The position numbers and the translations under genes are program-made. A stretch of 64,000 bases of DNA from the NCBI GenBank assembly GCA_965644295.1, contig CBFFRP010000433.1:62001-126000 (forward strand). The letters are read 5' to 3'. This DNA comes from Paraphysomonas bandaiensis. Lineage: Eukaryota > Protista > Chrysophyceae. Positions 59,401-64,000 of the stretch are shown piece by piece. Below the pieces are notes generated by a model. The model saw nothing but the letters and a program-made list of their open reading frames with translations, ran no database searches and was not told the origin of the DNA. Within the stretch, counting starts at the first letter, position 1; each line of letters starts with the position of its first letter.

Positions 59401-62400
59401 CCGATGTAGGTAGAGATGTCGGGATAGAGGTGGGAGGAGATGTAGGGAGACTGGTAGGTATTGAAGTGGGTAGCGATGTCGGGATTGATGTGGGAAGAGA
59501 TGTCGGGATTACGGTGGGTAGAGATGTGGGTAGAGATGTCGGGATTGACGTCGGTACAGACGTAGGATTCGATGTCGGGAATGAGGTGGGAAGAGATGTG
59601 GGTAGAGAAGTTGGTATCGATGTGGGTACAGATGTCGGAAATGAAGTGGGAAGAGATGTCGGTAAACTGGTTGGTACCGATGTAGGTAGAGATGTCGGGA
59701 TAGAGGTGGGAGGAGATGTAGGGAGACTGGTAGGTATTGAAGTGGGTAGCGATGTCGGAATTGAGGTTGGAAGAGATGTCGGGATTACAGTAGGTAGAGA
59801 TGTGGGAAGAGATGTCGGGATTGACGTCGGTAAATATGTCGGGATTGACGTCGGTACAGACGTAGGATTCGATGTCGGGAATGAGGTGGGAAGAGATGTG
59901 GGTAGAGAAGTTGGTATCGATGTGGGTACAGATGTCGGAAATGAAGTGGGAAGAGATGTCGGTAAACTGGTTGGTACCGATGTAGGTAGAGATGTCGGGA
60001 TAGAGGTTGGAGGAGATGTAGGGAGACTGGTAGGTATTGAAGTGGGTAGCGATGTCGGAATTGAGGTTGGAAGAGATGTCGGGATTACAGTAGGTAGAGA
60101 TGTGGGAAGAGATGTCGGGATTGACGTCGGTAAAGATGTCGGGATTGACGTCGGTACAGACGTAGGATTCGATGTCGGGAATGAGGTGGGAAGAGATGTG
60201 GGTAGAGAAGTTGGTATCGATGTGGGTACAGATGTCGGAAATGAAGTGGGAAGAGATGTCGGTAAGCTGGTTGGTACCGATGTAGGTAGAGATGTCGGGA
60301 TAGAGGTTGGAGGAGATGTAGGGAGACTGGTAGGTATTGAAGTGGGTAGCGATGTCGGGATTGATGTGGGAAGAGATGTCGGGATTACAGTGGGTAGAGA
60401 TGTGGGTAGAGATGTCGGGATTGACGTTGGTACGGACGTAGGATTCGATGTTGGAATGGAAGTAGGATTCGATGTCGGAGGGCTAGTAGGTATCAAAGTG
60501 GGTAGCGATGTGGGGATTACGGTGGGAAGAGATGTGGGTAGAGAAGTTGGTATCGATGTGGGAAGCGATGTTGGAATTGATGTCGGTACGGTGGTAGGAT
60601 TCGATGTCGGGAATGAGGTGGGAAGAGATGTGGGTAGAGAAGTTGGTATCGATGTGGGTACAGATGTCGGAAATGAAGTGGGAAGAGATGTCGGTAAGCT
60701 GGTTGGCACCGATGTAGGTAGAGATGTCGGGATAGAGGTTGGAGGAGATGTAGGGAGACTGGTAGGTATTGAAGTAGGTAGCGATGTCGGAATTGAGGTT
60801 GGAAAAGAAGTCGGGATTACAGTAGGTAGAGACGTGGGAAGAGATGTGGGAAGAGATGTCGGGATTACAGTGGGTAGAGATGTGGGTAGAGATGTCGGGA
60901 TTGACGTTGGTACGGACGTAGGATTCGATGTTGGAATGGAAGTAGGATTCGATGTCGGAGGGCTAGTAGGTATCGAAGTGGGTAGCGATGTCGGGATTAC
61001 GGTGGGAAGAGATGTGGGTAGAGAAGTTGGTATCGATGTTGGAATTGATGTCGGTACGGTGGTAGGATTCAATGTCGGGAATGAGGTGGGAAGAGATGTG
61101 GGTAGAGATGTCGGGATTGACGTTGGTACGGACGTTGGATTCGATGTTGGAATGGAAGTAGGATTCGATGTCGGAGGGCTAGTAGGTATCGAAGTGGGTA
61201 GCGATGTGGGGATTACGGTGGGAAGAGATGTGGGTAGAGAAGTTGGTATCGATGTTGGAATAGATGTCGGTACGGTGGTAGGATTCAATGTCGGGAATGA
61301 GGTGGGTAGAGAAGTTGGTATCGATGTGGGAAGCGATGTCGGTACGGTGGTAGGATTCGATGTCGGGAATGAGGTGGGAAGAGATGTGGGTACAGATGTC
61401 GGAAATGAAGTGGGAAGAGATGTCGGTAAGCTGGTTGGCACCGATGTAGGTAGGGATGTCGGGATAGAGGTGGGAGGAGATGTAGGGAGACTGGTAGGTA
61501 TTGAAGTGGGTAGCGATGTCGGAATTGAGGTTGGAAGAGATGTCGGGATTACAGTGGGTAGAGATGTCGGGATTGACGTCGGTACGGACGTAGGATTCGA
61601 TGTCGGAGGGCTAGTAGGTATCGAAGTGGGTAGCGATGTGGGGATTACGGTGGAATGAGATGTGGGTAGATATGTTGGAAATGAAGTGGAAAGAGATGTC
61701 GGGAATGAGGTGGGAGGCGATGCAGGGAGACTGGTAGGTATCGATGAGGGTTGTAATGTTTTGATTGACGTTGGTGCGGAGGTAGGATTTGATGTTGGAA
61801 TGGAGGATGGTGAGGATGTAGGAGTGTATGTTGGGAGTAAAGTTGGCACCCTTGTTGGAACTTCAAGTAATGGCACTGGTGGTCTCGAGGTAGGAAGGAG
61901 AGTACTCTCAGGTCTAGATGGCTTCGGAGTTCGTTGTTTTTTCTTCTTAGTTGGACTTGGCGTATTTACATTGCTTGGTGTTAGAGTTGGAGTTGAAATA
62001 GGTAGAAGGGTCGGAACTTCAAGGGCAGGTACAGAAGGGCAAGGAGTTGAAGTTGGTTTGTATGTGCGATGCTGCATTGGTGGTTGCTTTTTCCGAGGGG
62101 GTAGCCTCTTCTTCCTTGGCGGAGATCTCCTCTTCCTTGGTGGAGATCTCTTCTTTCTTGGTGGAAACCTCTTCTTCCTTGGTGGAAGCCTCTTCTTCCT
62201 ATGAGCCGGTAAACGTTTCTTTTTTCGTTCCAGCACATGCAAAGTTCTGAGATCCCCACTGTCAGTATCATCCCTCCCCAAAGTGACAATTCGACTAGGA
62301 TGTTTGGTATAATCTGAAGACAATATCAGATCTGGATTGTCATTATGAATGGAGTGCATGAGATGATGTGACTTGGTTTTTCTTACTGCGAGATCGGCTC

Positions 62401-62443
62401 CTACTAAACAGCCCAAAATTACAAAGACCTTGAAACCTATCAT
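53492..62443 (-). CDS. Giant secreted mucin-like PT-repeat protein (about 2983 aa) with Lys/Arg-rich termini
   Basis: ATG at 62443 gives the signal-peptide-like [19 protein letters not shown], followed by RKKRxPP heptads, about 7.6 kb of PT[S/V/T][L/I/F/N/V/P] tetrapeptides and an S/K/R-rich C-terminus. No introns or stops. Confidence 0.88.
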   Translation of the reverse strand: MIGFKVFVILGCLVGADLAVRKTKSHHLMHSIHNDNPDLILSSDYTKHPSRIVTLGRDDTDSGDLRTLHVLERKKKRLPAHRKKRLPPRKKRFPPRKKRSPPRKRRSPPRKKRLPPRKKQPPMQHRTYKPTSTPCPSVPALEVPTLLPISTPTLTPSNVNTPSPTKKKKQRTPKPSRPESTLLPTSRPPVPLLEVPTRVPTLLPTYTPTSSPSSIPTSNPTSAPTSIKTLQPSSIPTSLPASPPTSFPTSLSTSFPTYLPTSHSTVIPTSLPTSIPTSPPTSNPTSVPTSIPTSLPTVIPTSLPTSIPTSLPTSIPTSLPTSPPTSIPTSLPTSVPTSLPTSLPTSFPTSVPTSLPTSFPTSNPTTVPTSLPTSIPTSLPTSFPTLNPTTVPTSIPTSIPTSLPTSLPTVIPTSLPTSIPTSPPTSNPTSIPTSNPTSVPTSIPTSLPTSLPTSFPTLNPTTVPTSIPTSIPTSLPTSLPTVIPTSLPTSIPTSPPTSNPTSIPTSNPTSVPTSIPTSLPTSLPTVIPTSLPTSLPTSLPTVIPTSFPTSIPTSLPTSIPTSLPTSPPTSIPTSLPTSVPTSLPTSLPTSFPTSVPTSIPTSLPTSLPTSFPTSNPTTVPTSIPTSLPTSIPTSLPTSLPTVIPTSLPTLIPTSPPTSNPTSIPTSNPTSVPTSIPTSLPTSLPTVIPTSLPTSIPTSLPTSIPTSLPTSPPTSIPTSLPTSVPTSLPTSLPTSFPTSVPTSIPTSLPTSLPTSFPTSNPTSVPTSIPTSLPTSIPTSLPTSLPTVIPTSLPTSIPTSLPTSIPTSLPTSPPTSIPTSLPTSVPTSLPTSLPTSFPTSVPTSIPTSLPTSLPTSFPTSNPTSVPTSIPTYLPTSIPTSLPTSLPTVIPTSLPTSIPTSLPTSIPTSLPTSPPTSIPTSLPTSVPTSLPTSLPTSFPTSVPTSIPTSLPTSLPTSFPTSNPTSVPTSIPTSLPTSLPTVIPTSLPTSIPTSLPTSIPTSLPTSPPTSIPTSLPTSVPTSLPTSLPTSFPTSVPTSIPTSLPTSLPTSFPTSNPTSVPTSIPTSLPTSLPTVIPTSLPTSIPTSLPTSIPTSLPTSPPTSIPTSLPTSVPTSLPTSLPTSFPTSVPTSIPTSLPTSLPTSFPTSNPTSVPTLIPTSLPTSIPTSLPTSLPTSFPTSNPTSVPTSIPTSLPTSLPTVIPTSLPTSIPTSLPTSPPTSIPTSLPTSVPTSLPTSLPTSFPTSVPTSIPTSLPTSLPTSFPTSNPTSVPTSIPTSLPTVIPTSLPTSIPTSLPTSRPTSLPTSPPTSIPTSLPTSVPTSLPTSLPTSFPTSVPTSIPTSLPTSLPTSFPTSNPTTVPTSIPTSLPTSIPTSLPTSLPTVIPTSLPTSIPTSPPTSNPTSIPTSNPTSVPTSIPTSLPTSLPTVIPTSLPTSIPTSLPTSIPTSLPTSPPTSIPTSLPTSVPTSLPTSLPTSFPTSVPTSIPTSLPTSLPTSFPTSNPTTVPTSIPTSLPTSIPTSLPTSLPTVIPTSLPTSIPTSPPTSNPTSIPTSNPTSVPTSIPTSLPTSLPTVIPTSLPTSIPTSLPTSIPTSLPTSPPTSIPTSLPTSVPTSLPTSLPTSFPTSVPTSIPTSLPTSLPTSFPTSNPTSVPTSIPTSLPTVIPTSLPTSIPTSLPTSRPTSLPTSPPTSIPTSLPTSVPTSLPTSLPTSFPTSVPTSIPTSLPTSLPTSFPTSNPTTVPTSIPTSLPTSIPTSLPTSLPTVIPTSLPTSIPTSPPTSNPTSIPTSNPTSVPTSIPTSLPTVIPTSLPTSIPTSLPTSIPTSLPTSPPTSIPTSLPTSVPTSLPTSLPTSFPTSVPTSIPTSLPTSLPTSFPTSNPTSVLTSIPTSLPTVIPSSLPTSLPTVIPTSLPTSIPTSLPTSRPTSLPTSPPTSIPTSLPTSVPTSLPTSLPTSFPTSVPSSIPTSLPTSLPTSFPTSNPTTVPTSIPTSLPTSIPTSLPTSLPTVIPTSLPTSIPTSSPTSNPTSIPTSNPTSVPTSIPTSLPTSLPTVIPTSLPTSIPTSLPTSIPTSLPTSPPTSIPTSLPTSVPTSLPISLPTSFPTSVPTSIPTSLPTSLPTSFPTSNPTTVPTSIPTSLPTLIPTSLPTSLPTVIPTSLPTSIPTSPPTSNPTSIPTSNPTSVPTSIPTSLPTSLPTVIPTSLPTSIPTSLPTSIPTSLPTSPPTSIPTSLPTSVPTSLPTSLPTSFPTSVPTSIPTSLPTSLPTSFPTLNPTTVPTSIPTSIPTSLPTSLPTVIPTSLPTSIPTSPPTSNPTSVPTSFPTSLPTSLPTVIPTSLPTSIPTSLPTSIPTSLPTSPPTSIPKSLPTSVPTSLPTSLPTSFPTSLPTSIPTSLPTSLPTVIPTPLPTSIPTSPPTSNPTSIPTSNPTSVPTSFPTSLPTSLPTVIPISLPTSLPTSLPTVIPTSFPTSLPTVIPTSLPTSIPTSLPTSIPTSLPTSPPTSIPTSLPTSVPTSLPTSLPTSFPTSVPTSIPTSLPTSLPTVMPTSLPTSIPTSPPTSNPTSVPTSIPTSLPTSLPTSFPTSLPTSISTTIPTSIPTSTPTSNPTSIPTSNPSSVPTSIPTSLPTTLPTVIPTSLPTSIPTSLPTSIPTSLPTSPPTSIPTSLPTSVPTSLPTSFPTSFPTSVPTSIPTSLPTSLPTSFPTSNPTTVPTSIPTSLPTSIPTSLPTSLPTVIPTSLPTSIPTSPPTSNPTSIPTSNPTSVPTSFPTSLPTSLPTVIPTSLPTSIPTSLPTSIPSTVPTLSPSSLVPSTFRPTLPFLDIPSQFPSLNPSAAVSQPTLASTRKKRYRTSRPRKKKGKAWKRRKDFRKKRSHRPGPILQPNVSPSLRPTIPALNLPSTAPSTVFSSVPSYSPTVFPTSPLPGSLPTLYPTASKASMSDKRKKKHRQSKLSNPSLNNKKSDSQSKKISTRSSSKKTKTYKKKGSRKGLTKTRKSSVSSKKTGKAKGRHGKTK
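54140..61810. repeat. Coding 12-bp-unit tandem array with higher-order repeats
   Basis: Units such as GATGTGGGTAGA and GATGTCGGGATT. Identical 60-nt lines at 59581, 59881 and 60181 give a 300-bp period; a 432-bp offset is seen between 57721 and 58153. Confidence 0.97.
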
Positions 62444-64000
62444 GGTCACTATGATATTTAACAACAAAAACAGATGAAACAGACTTTTAAAACATATACA
62501 ATTATGAAACCTGATATCACAATGATATTTACTATGGATATAATATATATTATAATGTATCATCGAACAAATCAAAAGAGTATTTGACTTATTCAATGAT
62601 GCCCTGATAGCTCTTGTATATTGTTATGAGTTACAATACCCCTTATATCCATTGATACATCTTGATAGCTTTAACAATATCCATAAGCTTAACAGCTAAA
62701 CATATATATGATCCCTATCAGTCCTCTCTATTATTAACTTACAAATATATGAGATATATAGATAAGGTTTGTTAAGGTACACTACATACATTATGATACA
62801 TCTACTATACCGTATCGGCAGTCAGCATCTTATTTTTTCGGTAATAAAATGAAGCAAATATACTCTATATAACTGCAGTATATATATGGCTGTAATACAC
62901 ATAATTGTTATCTCAATATTAGAGGCATCTTTGAAGGATGCCGATACGACTGCTGTGCTGATTTGCTGATATATGAGCCAAAAATCTTGGAATTTTGACC
63001 AATTCTATAGGAATTGGGATTTTGAGTGTATTTATCTAAATTTACATCCGGCAACGTACTGGAATTTGGACATTTTTTTCGGGGTTTTGGCATTGATAAA
63101 TAGCCTATTTTTATGTGATTTCAAAAGTTGTCAGTACAAGGTGTTGATCTTAACACTCTGCCAATGGATGCACGTAGATATCAACCGTCTGGAATATGTA
63201 AATGTATAAATTGGAATGCGAGCTATGTTGTAACGAGATCATTTCACGTGAATTGTTCGTTGTTCGATATTGGATGTTTACACATGGGTACACTCTGGTT
63301 TTGGAATGTGATACTACTACAGACGATACGGAGCTTTGACCTGAACACAATAGCCTGCTCTCTACACTTTCTAATCAACTTTTCCTGCTGAAATTTGGAA
63401 TGACGTTTTAGAAATGAAGTGCTGCTGTGACATACTCGAGCTCTTCTGTGCAACACAGAGTAAATATCGGATGACCGCAGATAATGGAGCACGGGACTCT
63501 CCCAACAGTCGTAAGGATTGTAACACAAGTAATTAAGCATTTTGAATAGTTTATTTGTAGTGATAGGAAGTTCCGGAGTGGAGCTGGCTTGCACTCTTGC
63601 TTTTTTACTATTTTATTTAAGATCATCGCAACATATTGCGTGAAGTTTATAACGTTGTTACTTCGTAATATTATATTGTATCTTAATCTTACAGTAGTTA
63701 CAGTCTTAAAAAGGGATAGAGTTTAGTATTTAATTAGAAGAGACCCTTAGATGTACGATGTAGTATATCATTATCATTGTTACTTCGGTGGGAAACTAAA
63801 TTTCAGTGTGCACAAGAAATCTTATCCCACTCACTCAGGAGAGAAAGGCGTTGAATCGATTGGTGTCGTAGAAGTTACACATCTATTAAGTGTAATTTAT
63901 TATTTCTCTCCTGTTAAGCTGGCGGTGATTGGATTGTGTTATCGCTCGAAACTGGCGAGAGATACAGTAATGATGACGAAAGTAATCTATTTAAAAATAA

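Noticed and set aside
54150-61658. 2502-aa plus-strand ORF (VG.DVG repeats)
   Set aside because: Antisense shadow of the PT-repeat gene. The repeat lacks stop codons on that strand, the ORF starts at GTG, and it has no unique flanking domains, whereas the minus frame has a signal peptide and unique termini.
62908-63626. Short ORFs near the right end
   Set aside because: No recognisable domain or consistent splice pattern. They could be a decayed element, but this is unsupported.
63860-63880. TGGTGTC.. as a retrotransposon primer-binding site
   Set aside because: The match is too short, and no adjacent LTR end or gag ORF is visible.

Overview
Eukaryotic nuclear DNA with compact genes and short GT-AG introns of about 50-150 nt. 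The gene set (PIBF1-, SPAG1- and ZNF474-like ciliary/centriolar genes, PT-repeat protein, lineage-typical ankyrin repeats) suggests a flagellated stramenopile, probably a chrysophyte-like ochrophyte; this is inference. The window holds about 14 host genes and several mobile elements: the 3' half and LTR of a Ty1/copia element, several hAT-type non-autonomous elements/MITEs with 8-bp TSDs, and a second LTR relic. It also holds an 8.7-kb, 5'-truncated non-LTR retrotransposon (44089-52788, 12-bp TSD) with an uninterrupted ORF. That single ORF fuses up to three OTU-like cysteine-protease repeats and a SET methyltransferase domain upstream of APE endonuclease, RT, RNase H and a CCHC knuckle. This LINE with putative chromatin/ubiquitin-modifying domains, its recently retroposed 3'-UTR copies and a candidate partner SINE are the most striking system. 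Second is an intron-joined fusion of a Cdc123/R2K-type ATP-grasp ligase with a gamma-glutamylcyclotransferase (10290-12149). Third is a ~3000-aa secreted PT-repeat protein with polybasic ends. All domain calls come from motif recognition by eye; no searches were run.
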